This document shows, piece by piece, positions 7,851 through 16,654 of a stretch of DNA of 36,504 nt. Under the pieces are notes generated by a model that ran no database searches, was not told where the DNA came from, and was given only the letters and a program-made list of their open reading frames with translations. The translations under genes were made by a program, and so were the position numbers. Source of the stretch: a virus (taxonomy: Duplodnaviria; Caudoviricetes); the IMG/VR virus record IMGVR_UViG_3300048848_000229, positions 1 through 36,504 of that record, one strand, 5' to 3'. Every line of letters starts with the position of its first letter. Positions within the stretch are counted from its first letter, which is position 1.

Positions 7851-8951
7851 ATGAGCGGCCCCCGCTATTCAATCATTCCGGCCGGCGCAGTCACAGACGA
7901 CACGCTGGAGCCGCGCGACCTGCAGGTGTTGTGCTTGCTTGGCCGTCATATCGACGACCTCGGCTGGTGTCGGCGCAGCCAGGTCAAGATGGCGCGCGAG
8001 ATCAAGTGCGGCCGGGCCACGCTGCAGCGCTCACTGGAGCGACTTTACGAGGCCGGATGGGTGCAGATGCGGCGGCGCGAGGCGGACGCCGATGAGGGCA
8101 CGCAGCCTAGCCAATCGTTCGCTTATCGGGTGATCCTCGACCGTGACGATGTCGTCATTCCGGCTTCGGCCGACGATAGCGAATCCTTATCGGAATCCGG
8201 GGAGGGGGGTGCCCACCAGCGGGCACCCCTGCCCATAGATGGGCACCCGGGTGCCCACCCAGAGCGGGCACGGGGTGCCCATACATACGTGGGCACCAAG
8301 AACGTCCCCTTACAACGTCCCCCTATTGAACGTGAGAGAGACGCGCGCGCGCATGACGAGGTAGCAAAGTTCGTTGTCGCGTTCGAACAGCGCTGGCCCA
8401 CATCCGCTGCCGACGACCGACAGCGCACCGCGTATGCCGCAGGATCGCTTAGCGACGAAGAACGCGTTGCTGCCCTCGACGGCATCGGCCCATTTCTGGC
8501 CGATCTGAAGCGCCTCAAGCGTGATCGCGTCCCTGCGGGCTGGAATTACCTCGAGCAGAGACGCTGGACGCTGCTGGCGGCGAAGGCTGAGGCGGACAAG
8601 CCAGTGAGCTCAAGCTTTGCGGTCGATACGGTCGAGGCCAAAGCGATCACGGCGCTGCATGGCATCGTTGGCTCGCTCGACTTCCTGCGCACCGTGATGC
8701 GTGCTGCCGATGGCGGAGTGCGTCACCTCAAGCCCGTAACGCCGCGGCTGCTGGCCTTGGCTCAGGCGCCGCCACGCGAGGACTGGATCACGCTCGATCG
8801 ACAGCAGGCGGGTGCCTGGGAAGCTTTCATTGACGAGAACCTGATGCTCGGCACTCGGCGCCGCATGGCGGAGGGCTCGCATGCGCCATGGCCGTGGCCA
8901 CCCAGCAAGGACGGCAAGGTCTACGTGGATGGTCAAGGAGAGAGCGCGTGA
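7851..8951 (+). CDS. Phage replication initiator (N-terminal wHTH, lambda O-like organisation)
   Basis: wHTH (DLQVLCLLGRH...SQVKMAREIKCGRATLQRSLERLYEAGWV) followed by a linker encoded by iteron DNA. Confidence 0.8.
   Translation: MSGPRYSIIPAGAVTDDTLEPRDLQVLCLLGRHIDDLGWCRRSQVKMAREIKCGRATLQRSLERLYEAGWVQMRRREADADEGTQPSQSFAYRVILDRDDVVIPASADDSESLSESGEGGAHQRAPLPIDGHPGAHPERARGAHTYVGTKNVPLQRPPIERERDARAHDEVAKFVVAFEQRWPTSAADDRQRTAYAAGSLSDEERVAALDGIGPFLADLKRLKRDRVPAGWNYLEQRRWTLLAAKAEADKPVSSSFAVDTVEAKAITALHGIVGSLDFLRTVMRAADGGVRHLKPVTPRLLALAQAPPREDWITLDRQQAGAWEAFIDENLMLGTRRRMAEGSHAPWPWPPSKDGKVYVDGQGESA
8206..8297. repeat. Iteron cluster, probable replication origin
   Basis: Eight alternating (G)TGCCC / GGGCAC half-sites forming four palindromes, e.g. 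GGGGTGCCC-accagc-GGGCACCCC and GGTGCCCA-tacatacg-TGGGCACC. Confidence 0.8.
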
Positions 8952-9613
8952 TGGTGCATGAATACAAGATTGGAGACCATGTCGGCATGGTTGATCTATG
9001 TGCACGGAACGCGGTCCTTGAGAAGCCGGTTGCCCGTCTTTGGTATGTGCTGGAGATCAGGCCTGGCAAAGACCCGAGCGTCATGCGCGCGCTTGAGCGG
9101 CGTGGTATCGATGGCTATTCGCCGCAGATCAAGCGGACTGAAGTGTTTCGCGGAAGGAAGCGCGAGGTGTGCAAGCCGCTCTTCCCGGGCTTGATCCTGA
9201 TTCCAGATTACGATGCCGGGATGATCTCTAGGCATATCGATGGCGTCATCGGCTTTGTCACCTTCGGCGAGTTCTTCATGCGTTTGAGGCCTGACGGGCC
9301 TCAGGGCGTCGAGCAGATCAGGCGGATGGAAGCGATCGGCAATGTTCCTCTGAGCAAGCGCAAGCGCATGTTCGAGGCTGGACAGCTTGTCAGGGTTGTG
9401 GATGGACCCTTCGCTTATTTCTGCGGGCGCATTGAAAGGCTGGACTCTCGTGGCCGACTCAGTGTCCTTGTAGACGTCTTCTCGCGCATGACCCCTGTCG
9501 AACTCGAAGAGGGTCAGGTTGAGCCGGAGAATGCACCGACCGGTGCAAGCTACGGTTTCACGGTTGCCAGACACGGGCAGCGGCGCATCCCTCGGGCTCT
9601 CGTCAGCTCTTAG
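8951..9613 (+). CDS. NusG/RfaH-like transcription antiterminator (late-gene regulator, Q position)
   Basis: NGN domain (WYVLEIRPG...KPLFPGLILI) and KOW (GQLVRVVDGPFAYFCGRI...VLVDVFSRMTPVEL). Confidence 0.88.
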   Translation: MVHEYKIGDHVGMVDLCARNAVLEKPVARLWYVLEIRPGKDPSVMRALERRGIDGYSPQIKRTEVFRGRKREVCKPLFPGLILIPDYDAGMISRHIDGVIGFVTFGEFFMRLRPDGPQGVEQIRRMEAIGNVPLSKRKRMFEAGQLVRVVDGPFAYFCGRIERLDSRGRLSVLVDVFSRMTPVELEEGQVEPENAPTGASYGFTVARHGQRRIPRALVSS

Positions 9614-9634
9614 GGAAGTCGGAACGATTCCACC

Positions 9635-9660
9635 AAAGCCCGGCCATGTGCCGGGCTTTT
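9635..9660 (+). terminator. Intrinsic terminator, possibly bidirectional
   Basis: AAAGCCCGGC-CATGT-GCCGGGCTTTT. Confidence 0.75.
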
Positions 9661-9694
9661 GCGTGCATAGGTGTGCGGTAGCGCTTGCGCTATC

Positions 9695-9766
9695 GTTGCC
9701 CTCCTTGGGCGTTTCCTCCCTAGACTTCGCCTGCGCTGTAGGTGGTCTCCAGCGCAGGCGGCCTTT
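9695..9766 (+). ncRNA. suhB/MmgR (alpha-r8)-like small RNA motif
   Basis: CCCTCCTTGGGCGTTTCCTCCCTAGACTT (9699-9727), as recalled for the family core, followed by hairpin CGCCTGCGCTG...CAGCGCAGGCG (9728-9760) and a short T-tract. Confidence 0.7.
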
Positions 9767-9778
9767 GGCAGGCTCACA

Positions 9779-10072
9779 GTGAACACCAAGGGTAGCCGCG
9801 CATCGCCGCCTTGGCGTGCTTGGTACAAGACAGCCAGATGGGCTGCGCTTCGGCTGAGCATCTTCCTTCGTGATCTGTACCAGTGCCAGCGATGCGGCAA
9901 GCTTGAGGGCAACACCTCACTGCTTGTGTGTGATCATCGCAAGCCTCACCGCGGTGATCAGCAGCTGTTCTGGGACGAGAACAACCTACAGACCCTCTGC
10001 AAGGGCTGCCACGATCGCGACAAGCAGCGCGAAGAGCAGGCGACGCTGCATCAGCGAGGCGTCTGGCACTAG
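9779..10072 (+). CDS. Terminase-associated HNH endonuclease (HK97 gp74-like)
   Basis: WYKTARW...RDLYQCQRC...CDHRKPHRGD..LFWDENNLQTLCKGCHD; directly upstream of terS. GTG start inferred. Confidence 0.88.
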   Translation: MNTKGSRASPPWRAWYKTARWAALRLSIFLRDLYQCQRCGKLEGNTSLLVCDHRKPHRGDQQLFWDENNLQTLCKGCHDRDKQREEQATLHQRGVWH

Positions 10073-10144
10073 GGGGGGGGCGGTTCGAAAGTCTGCAAGC
10101 TCTTTCAGCCCGGACCGGTGTGTGACTCATTCGGGGATTTTTTT
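10072..10144. other. Candidate cos packaging region
   Basis: Intergenic between HNH and terS: G9 run, GGTTCGAAAGTCTG, CCGGACCGG and a T7 run. This is the usual cos position in HNH/HK97-type phages. Confidence 0.5.
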
Positions 10145-10147
10145 ACC

Positions 10148-10633
10148 GTGGACGCGATTTTTGACCTCTTCGGCAACCCATGGATCGACGCGCCCAAGAA
10201 GCGCGGCCGGCCCCTACATGAGGTCACGGTCAGAACTCGTAACAGGGTCAGCATGTTGCTGGCGCTCGGCTGGTCAACTACGCGGATCGCCACGGCGCTC
10301 GGCGTCACATTGCCCACGCTGCACAAGCATTATTTTTATGAGCTGCGTCAGCAGCAGGTCGCGCGCGATCGGCTGGAGCTGCGCCGCCTCGAACTGGCGT
10401 GGGAGTTGGCCGAGGGCGGCAACGTCGGCGCGCTCAAGGAGTTCGGGAAGCTGATGGAGCGCAACGACCGGATGGAGGCCGAGCGCTTCATGGCCTCGGC
10501 GCCGCCGGCCGACAAGGCCGCACCGGAGCGCGTCGGCAAGAAGGTGGTCGACAAGCAGATGGCCGCCGATGCCGATGCTGACCTGATGGCCGAGCTGGAG
10601 CAAGAGGCCTCGGCCCAACATGCTGTCAACTGA
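10148..10633 (+). CDS. terS: Terminase small subunit
   Basis: GRP + HTH (RIATALGVTLPTLHKHYFYEL); overlaps the terL start. Confidence 0.75.
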   Translation: MDAIFDLFGNPWIDAPKKRGRPLHEVTVRTRNRVSMLLALGWSTTRIATALGVTLPTLHKHYFYELRQQQVARDRLELRRLELAWELAEGGNVGALKEFGKLMERNDRMEAERFMASAPPADKAAPERVGKKVVDKQMAADADADLMAELEQEASAQHAVN

Positions 10634-12311
10634 ATCGCTGCCGCGGTTCGCTTGTCCGGACTGGTGGGAGAAGATCCAGCGCCGCGAAACGCCGATGGCC
10701 AGCGTCCCGTTGAACCAGGCGAAGGCGATCAAGGCGCTGGCGTTCTTCAACCGGCTGCGTCTGCCCGACGTGCCCGGCAACCCGGCACTTGCGGAAGCCT
10801 GTGGCGACTGGTTCCGCGACATCCTGTGTGCGTTCCTCGCCAGCGAGGATCCAGTGACCAAGCGTCGGCTCGTGTGGGAGCTGCTCTGCATGGTGCCGAA
10901 GAAGAATTCGAAGACTACTTATGTTGCAGCACTCGGCCTCACTGCGCTGTTCATGGAGGAAGCGCCGAACCAGCAGATGCTGATTGTCGCGCCCAGCCAG
11001 AACATCTCGGAGCGGTGCTTCGAGCAGGCGCAGGGAATGATCCGGCTCGACGCCCGCCTCGACAAGATCTTCAAGGTTCAGGATCACCTGAAGTGCATCT
11101 CGCGCATCAAGACCGGCACGCAGCTCAACGTGAAGACGTTCGACACTTCGATCGTCACCGGCGAGATCCCGATCCTGACGATCATCGACGAGTTGCACGA
11201 GATCGGCAAGAAGGCCAAGGCTGCGGCAGTGATGCAGCAGATCCGCGGCGGCGGCATCACGATGCAAGGCGGCCAGGTGCTGATGATCACCACCCAGTCG
11301 GACGAGGCGCCGGCAGGGATCTGGAAGACTGAACTGCTGAAGGCGCGGTCGATCCGCGACGGCGTCGGCGGCAAGAATCCGATCATGCTGCCGGTGCTGT
11401 ATGAATATCCGCAGGCGCTGCAGCGGGATCAGGACTACTGGCGCAACGTCGACAACTGGTCGCAGCTGCTGCCGAACCTCGGCCGGTCGATCGACCCGCA
11501 AAAGCTGTCCGACGACTACGAGAACAACGGCAAGGTCAACCGCGAAGCCGAGCAGATCTGGGTTTCGCAGCATCTCAATATCGAGATCGGCGTCGGCATC
11601 TCCAACGATGGTTGGCGCGGCGCCGAGTTCTGGGAAGCGCGCGGCGATCCAGAGTTGACGCTGGATGCCATCCTCGCTCAGTCGGACGTGGTCACCATGG
11701 GCGGCGACGGCGGCGGGCTCGACGATCTGATGGCCCTCGCGGTGATCGGGCGTCACAGGGAAACGCGGCAATGGATGGCCTGGGGCCATGCCTTCGCGGA
11801 TCCCAAGGTGGCTGAGCGGCGCAAGGACATCGCGGCCCATCTGGCGGAATTCGAAGATGAAGGGTCCCTGACGACGGCGGACGGCCCCGCCCGCCAGGCG
11901 AAGTTCACCGAGTTCGTCGCAAAGGTCGTGGCCTCCGGACTGCTGCCGTCAAAGGATGCATTCGGCATCGACCCGAACAATGCAGCGGCGATGTTCGAGG
12001 CGTTGGACGAAGCCGGCATTCAGCCGGAACAGATCAAGCGGCTTCGCCAGGGCCCGGCACTCGCGCCAGGCGTCTGGGGCCTCGAGCTGAAGCTGGACAA
12101 CAACACTTTCACCCACTGCGACCAGGCCATGATGGCGTGGTGCGCGGGCAATGCCAAAATCGTTCGGAGCGGGAACGCCGTGATGGTGACCAAACAGGTT
12201 TCAGGATCGGCCAAGATCGACCCGCTGATCGCGCTGATTCAGGCGGCCATTCTGATGAGTTGGAATCCCCAGGGCTTCGACGCCGACGCCTGGATCGCGA
12301 GTTACGCATGA
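10620..12311 (+). CDS. terL: Terminase large subunit
   Basis: Walker A VPKKNSKT, Walker B TIIDELHE, motif III ITT, nuclease GGDGGGLDD, C-terminal KIDP. Confidence 0.95.
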   Translation: MLSTESLPRFACPDWWEKIQRRETPMASVPLNQAKAIKALAFFNRLRLPDVPGNPALAEACGDWFRDILCAFLASEDPVTKRRLVWELLCMVPKKNSKTTYVAALGLTALFMEEAPNQQMLIVAPSQNISERCFEQAQGMIRLDARLDKIFKVQDHLKCISRIKTGTQLNVKTFDTSIVTGEIPILTIIDELHEIGKKAKAAAVMQQIRGGGITMQGGQVLMITTQSDEAPAGIWKTELLKARSIRDGVGGKNPIMLPVLYEYPQALQRDQDYWRNVDNWSQLLPNLGRSIDPQKLSDDYENNGKVNREAEQIWVSQHLNIEIGVGISNDGWRGAEFWEARGDPELTLDAILAQSDVVTMGGDGGGLDDLMALAVIGRHRETRQWMAWGHAFADPKVAERRKDIAAHLAEFEDEGSLTTADGPARQAKFTEFVAKVVASGLLPSKDAFGIDPNNAAAMFEALDEAGIQPEQIKRLRQGPALAPGVWGLELKLDNNTFTHCDQAMMAWCAGNAKIVRSGNAVMVTKQVSGSAKIDPLIALIQAAILMSWNPQGFDADAWIASYA

Positions 12312-13588
12312 GCTGGTTGTCTCGCTTGCTGCGGCTGGACGGTGCCAAGGATGTCGAGGTCTACCGCGGCGGGCGCCTTGTCTCGACCGAGAACGGCAGC
12401 AACTTCACCACCAACCAGGTGACGGTCGCCGACTATCGCGACTCGCGGGCTGGACATGCGAGCGCGGCCTTGGGGCTGTCAGCGACATGGGCGTGCGTGC
12501 AGCTGATCGCCGGCACGATTTCGTCGCTGCCGCTGATGGTCTACCGCACAGATGCCAACGGAATCCGCACCGTTGCGAAGGATCATCCGCTGTACTTCGT
12601 GCTTCACGACAGCCCAAACTATGACCAGACGGCCGTCGATTTCTGGGAGGTGATGGCTGCCAGCATTGAGCTCTACGGCAACGCCTACGCCGTCATGGAG
12701 AAGCGCAGCAACGGCGTCCTGAATGCGTTGCATCCGGTGCGGCCCGATCTCATGAAGGTCCGCCGCCTGGATAGCGGCGATCTGCAGTACGAGTGGACGG
12801 AGAACGGTGTCCAATCGGTTAAGCCGGGGGACGATGTCCTGCATATCCGCGGTCCGATCGGCAACGCACTTTCAGGCACGTCGACGCTCTCTGTTTGCCG
12901 AAACGTTTTTGACGACGCGATAGCTGCCGACGGCGCGGCCAGCGCCATGTTCGAGAATGGCGTAAATCCGAGTGGTATCCTTTCCACCAAGCCGGAAGTG
13001 AAGCTCTCGCCGCCCCAGCGGGATGCACTCGAAAAGCATCTGGCCGAAAAGTACATGGGGTCGATCCGCCAGGGGCTTCCGATGGTGCTCGACGGGGGGT
13101 TGACCTGGTCGCAGCTGACGATCAATCCGGTCGATGCCCAGATGCTGGAAAGCCGCAAATTCAGCGGCGAAGAAATCTGCCGCATCTTCGGCATTCCGCC
13201 TGGGATGGTCGGCTTCGGTGACGCCTCGTCCAACTGGGGCACCGGCAAGGAAGTCGACGTGCTCGGCTTCCAGAAATTCACGCTCCGCAAGCGCATCAAG
13301 CGCATCGAGCAGGCGCTGCTGAAACAGCTTGTGCCGCTCGCGGAGCGCCGCGCGCAGGGTATCACGATCGAATTCAACTTCGATGCGCTGCTGCGCGGTG
13401 ACACCGAGGCCCGCTACAACGCCTACGAAAAGGCGATCCGCATGGGCATCGCGACGCGCAACGAGTGCCGCGCACTCGAAAACCTGCCGCCGATCGAAGG
13501 TGGCGACGTGGTGACCGTGCAGATGCAGGACATTCCGCTCGCCGATGCGATCAAACCCAAGCCCGCGCCGACAACTCCATCCGCCTAG
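12308..13588 (+). CDS. HK97-family portal protein
   Basis: ATWACVQLIAGTISSLP, SPN, GNAY, DVLHIR, EEICRIFGIPP, TRNECRALENLPP. ATGA start. Confidence 0.95.
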   Translation: MSWLSRLLRLDGAKDVEVYRGGRLVSTENGSNFTTNQVTVADYRDSRAGHASAALGLSATWACVQLIAGTISSLPLMVYRTDANGIRTVAKDHPLYFVLHDSPNYDQTAVDFWEVMAASIELYGNAYAVMEKRSNGVLNALHPVRPDLMKVRRLDSGDLQYEWTENGVQSVKPGDDVLHIRGPIGNALSGTSTLSVCRNVFDDAIAADGAASAMFENGVNPSGILSTKPEVKLSPPQRDALEKHLAEKYMGSIRQGLPMVLDGGLTWSQLTINPVDAQMLESRKFSGEEICRIFGIPPGMVGFGDASSNWGTGKEVDVLGFQKFTLRKRIKRIEQALLKQLVPLAERRAQGITIEFNFDALLRGDTEARYNAYEKAIRMGIATRNECRALENLPPIEGGDVVTVQMQDIPLADAIKPKPAPTTPSA

Positions 13589-13597
13589 GTGAACATC

Positions 13598-14266
13598 ATG
13601 GACAAAAAAACAGCGCCGGTTTTGGAGATCAAGTCGCTCAAGGATGGCGGCGAGTTCGAGGGCTATGGCAGCACGTTCGGCGGTGAGCCCGATGCCTATG
13701 GCGATGTGATCGCCGAAGGCGCTTACGAGGAAAGCCTGGCAAGCCACAAAGCGAAAGGCACCATGCCGAAGCTGTTCTGGCAGCACAATTCGGCGGAGCC
13801 GATCGGCAAGTGGCTCGACGCCAAGGAAGACGACCACGGCCTGCTGCTGAAAGGCAAGCTGAACATGGACGTGCAGCGCGGTCGCGAGGCTCACGCCCTG
13901 CTCAAGGCCGGCGACATCGACGGTCTATCGATCGGTTACCGCATCAAGGAATACACCGTCGACACCGAGTCCGGCGTCTGGACCCTCGACAAGCTTGACC
14001 TGATCGAGGTCAGCGTCGTGTCGGTAGCCGCCAACGAGAATGCGGTCGTGCAGAGCGTCAAGGCCGCGAAGGCTGCGCACGACCTGATGGAACGTCTGAA
14101 GGCCGGGGACCGGCTGACGGAACGCGAGTTCGAAACGTGGCTCAAGGGTTTGGGCCTGACGAACTCGCAGGCGGAGCGCGCCGCGCGCCTCCACCTGAAG
14201 GGGCAGGGGGATCCTGCTGCCGCGGCTCACGATGGCCTCGCATTCCTGCGGGCCTTGCAGGGCTGA
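13598..14266 (+). CDS. HK97-family prohead protease
   Basis: FEGYGSTF, WQHN, GLSIGY, EVSVVSVAAN. Confidence 0.95.
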   Translation: MDKKTAPVLEIKSLKDGGEFEGYGSTFGGEPDAYGDVIAEGAYEESLASHKAKGTMPKLFWQHNSAEPIGKWLDAKEDDHGLLLKGKLNMDVQRGREAHALLKAGDIDGLSIGYRIKEYTVDTESGVWTLDKLDLIEVSVVSVAANENAVVQSVKAAKAAHDLMERLKAGDRLTEREFETWLKGLGLTNSQAERAARLHLKGQGDPAAAAHDGLAFLRALQG

Positions 14267-14298
14267 AGCCCGCCTTTTTCACAGCCAGGAGATACCCC

Positions 14299-15489
14299 AT
14301 GACGGACAAAACCGCCGCAGAACTCGCGCTCGAGTTCAAGAACGACTTCAACACCAAGCATGACAAGGTCAAGGAGATCGCCGAGAAGGCGCTCGCCGAG
14401 GCCGAGAAGGGCGTCGCTGCCAGCGCCACCACCAAGGAACTGGCCGACCAGGCCCTGACCGGCATGAACGAAGCCAAGTCCCGGCTCGACGAGATGGAGC
14501 AGAAGCTGGCCCGACGTGGCGAGCAGGGCGATCACGTCCAGACCGCCGGCGAGCGTCTGGTCAACGATGCCGGCTTCAAGGCTTTCGCGGCCCAGACCCG
14601 CCCGCGTGGTCGCCACATTGTTGAAGTGAAGGACATCACTTCTCTCACCACCGACGCGGCCGGTTCGGTCGGCGGCATGGTGCAGTCGCAGCGCCTCGCC
14701 ACCCCAATCATGCTGCCGCAGCGTCGCATGACTGTCCGCGCTCTGCTGGCCCAGGGCCAGACCAACTCAAATTCGATCGAATACGATCGCGAGAAGGTGT
14801 TCACCAACAGCGCGGCGCCGGTGGCTGAAGGCGCCGCCAAGCCGCAGTCGGAGCTGCAGACGGAAGACGCCACGGCGACGGTCCGCACGATCGCCCACTG
14901 GATGCGCGCCTCGGTACAGATCCTTGCCGATGCGCCCGGCCTGCGGTCCATGATCGACCAGCGTCTGCGCTATGGCCTGGCCTACGTCGAGGAGACCCAG
15001 CTGCTGACCGGCTCCGGCTCCGGCCAGAACCTGTCGGGCCTGATCACCAACGCGACCGCCTACGCGGCGCCGGGCAGCCTGAGTGCCTCGACGCAGGTCG
15101 ACGTGCTCCGCCTGATGATCCTGCAGGTGGCGCTCTCCGAGTTTCCGCCCAACGGCATCGTCATGAACCCGATCGACATGGCGGCGATCGAGATGTCGAA
15201 GGACACCGCCGGGGGCTACCTGATCGGCGACCCGCAGGGCACGATCCAGAAACGTCTCTGGGGTCTGCCGGTGGTCGAGACCCAGGCGATCACCGTCGAC
15301 AAGGCACTGGTCGGCGCGTTCGATCTCGCGGCCCAGATCTTCGACCGTCAGGATGCAACGGTGGAAGTCTCGACCGAGGATCAGGACAACTTCATCAAGA
15401 ACAAGGTCACGATCCGTGCCGAAGAGCGGCTGGCTCTCGCCATCTACCGTCCGGCCGCGCTCGTCTACGGCGATCTCGGCCGCGTGTAA
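14299..15489 (+). CDS. HK97-fold major capsid protein with N-terminal delta domain
   Basis: SD AGGAG; coiled-coil N-terminus; VAEGAAKP, TIAHW, LWGLPVV, AEERLAL. Confidence 0.96.
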   Translation: MTDKTAAELALEFKNDFNTKHDKVKEIAEKALAEAEKGVAASATTKELADQALTGMNEAKSRLDEMEQKLARRGEQGDHVQTAGERLVNDAGFKAFAAQTRPRGRHIVEVKDITSLTTDAAGSVGGMVQSQRLATPIMLPQRRMTVRALLAQGQTNSNSIEYDREKVFTNSAAPVAEGAAKPQSELQTEDATATVRTIAHWMRASVQILADAPGLRSMIDQRLRYGLAYVEETQLLTGSGSGQNLSGLITNATAYAAPGSLSASTQVDVLRLMILQVALSEFPPNGIVMNPIDMAAIEMSKDTAGGYLIGDPQGTIQKRLWGLPVVETQAITVDKALVGAFDLAAQIFDRQDATVEVSTEDQDNFIKNKVTIRAEERLALAIYRPAALVYGDLGRV

Positions 15490-15496
15490 CGCCATC

Positions 15497-15531
15497 GGGC
15501 GGGAGGCTTCGGCCTCCTGCTCTTCCTCTTT
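15497..15531 (+). terminator. Post-capsid hairpin / partial terminator
   Basis: GGGCGGGAGGC-TTCG-GCCTCCTGCTC (cUUCGg loop) with a pyrimidine tail. Confidence 0.6.
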
Positions 15532-15548
15532 CGCAAGGGATTTGCGCG

Positions 15549-15752
15549 ATGAAAGTCAAATTGCTTCGGCCGCTGGACGGCCAGCCGATCGGTGCTGTTG
15601 CCGAATACCCCGACGATGACGCAAAGCGCCTTCAGCAGGCTGGCGTCGTCGCGTTTCAAAACGAGAAGGCGGCCCCAGCACCGCTGAACAAGAAAGCGCC
15701 CGAGGCCCTGAACAAGGCTGGCGCCGTTCAGCGCACCAAGAAGGGCCGCTGA
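15549..15752 (+). CDS. Small post-capsid protein
   Basis: Typical position after the capsid gene; APLNKKAP-type tail. Confidence 0.65.
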   Translation: MKVKLLRPLDGQPIGAVAEYPDDDAKRLQQAGVVAFQNEKAAPAPLNKKAPEALNKAGAVQRTKKGR

Positions 15753-15753
15753 C

Positions 15754-16092
15754 ATGGGCGGATCCATTCAAAGGTCCCGCGGCAAGGCGGCCTACCGACG
15801 TGCGGTCGATGCCGCCAACAAGAAGCCGATCAATTCGGTGCTTCCCGTAATCTCCGGCACCAAGACGCAGGGGCAGACGCTCACCTGTTCGTCCGGCACC
15901 TGGACCAATTCACCGACCTATGCCTACCAGTGGAATCGCGGCGGGGTCGCGATTGCCGGAGCCACGGCATCGACGCGCGTTCTCCTTCTTGCTGACGTCG
16001 GAAGCACCATGACGTGCACCGTGACCGCGACCAATGCCGGCGTATCGACCGCGGCGACGTCCCTGCCAACCACTGCCATCGTGGGCTCCTGA
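15754..16092 (+). CDS. Ig-like domain virion (decoration) protein
   Basis: PVISG...GQTLTCSSGTW...YAYQW...GAT...DVGSTMTCTVTATN, an Ig-like pattern. Confidence 0.7.
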   Translation: MGGSIQRSRGKAAYRRAVDAANKKPINSVLPVISGTKTQGQTLTCSSGTWTNSPTYAYQWNRGGVAIAGATASTRVLLLADVGSTMTCTVTATNAGVSTAATSLPTTAIVGS

Positions 16093-16646
16093 TGCGCTAC
16101 TTCGTCATCACCCCGCCCGAAGAGCCGGCGGTCTCCCTGGAGGAGATCAAGGCGCATCTGCGCGTGGATCATGAAGACGATGACGACCAGATCGAGGCGC
16201 TCGTCGCAGCGGCCCAGGCAGGCTTCGAAAGTGCCGAAATCGGAATTCTCGGCAGGCCCGTCGCGGCCCAGGAGATCGAGATCGAGGTCGAGTCCTGCGA
16301 CCGCTTTCCGCTGCGGCTGTTCGGGCCGATCGACACCGATGAAGACATATCGGTCGTTTACCGGGATACGGCCGGCGCCGACGTCGAGATCGATGCCGCC
16401 AGCTATCGGATCGATCGGCCGGAAACCTTCGCGCCGCAGCTGGTAACGCTTGCGGGCTGGTATTCGGGCGATTCCCTCCGCATTCGCTGCACGGCAGGGC
16501 TGCCCGCCGACGATGCCCGTCTTGGCAACCTGAAGACGGCGATCAAGCTGCACGTGCAGACCATTTACGACGGCGTCGAAGAGTCCGACCGCTACCGCGC
16601 CACGATCGACAGCCTTCTTTCGCCCTACCGCGTCCTCAGCATCTAG
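16092..16646 (+). CDS. Head-tail connector (HK97 gp6-like)
   Basis: VSLEEIKAHLRVDHEDDDDQI...LKTAIKLHV...LLSPYR. Confidence 0.9.
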   Translation: MRYFVITPPEEPAVSLEEIKAHLRVDHEDDDDQIEALVAAAQAGFESAEIGILGRPVAAQEIEIEVESCDRFPLRLFGPIDTDEDISVVYRDTAGADVEIDAASYRIDRPETFAPQLVTLAGWYSGDSLRIRCTAGLPADDARLGNLKTAIKLHVQTIYDGVEESDRYRATIDSLLSPYRVLSI

Positions 16647-16654
16647 GAGCACCC

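Noticed and set aside
9671-9778. N-terminal extension of the HNH ORF from GTG 9671
   Set aside because: Runs through the ops-like site and the sRNA motif; HNH homology begins after ~9779.
10072-10080. G9 run as a phase-variation tract
   Set aside because: Intergenic and in the typical cos-region position; it does not shift any reading frame.
10626-11840. 404-aa antisense ORF within terL (likewise 12872..13894, 14767..15495 and 28375..29334)
   Set aside because: Shadow ORFs expected opposite high-GC3 genes; no motifs, and fully overlapping well-supported genes.
14259-14280. GGGC-TGAA-GCCC plus T5 between protease and capsid as a terminator
   Set aside because: Only a 4-bp stem, separated from the T-tract; termination just before the capsid gene is unlikely.
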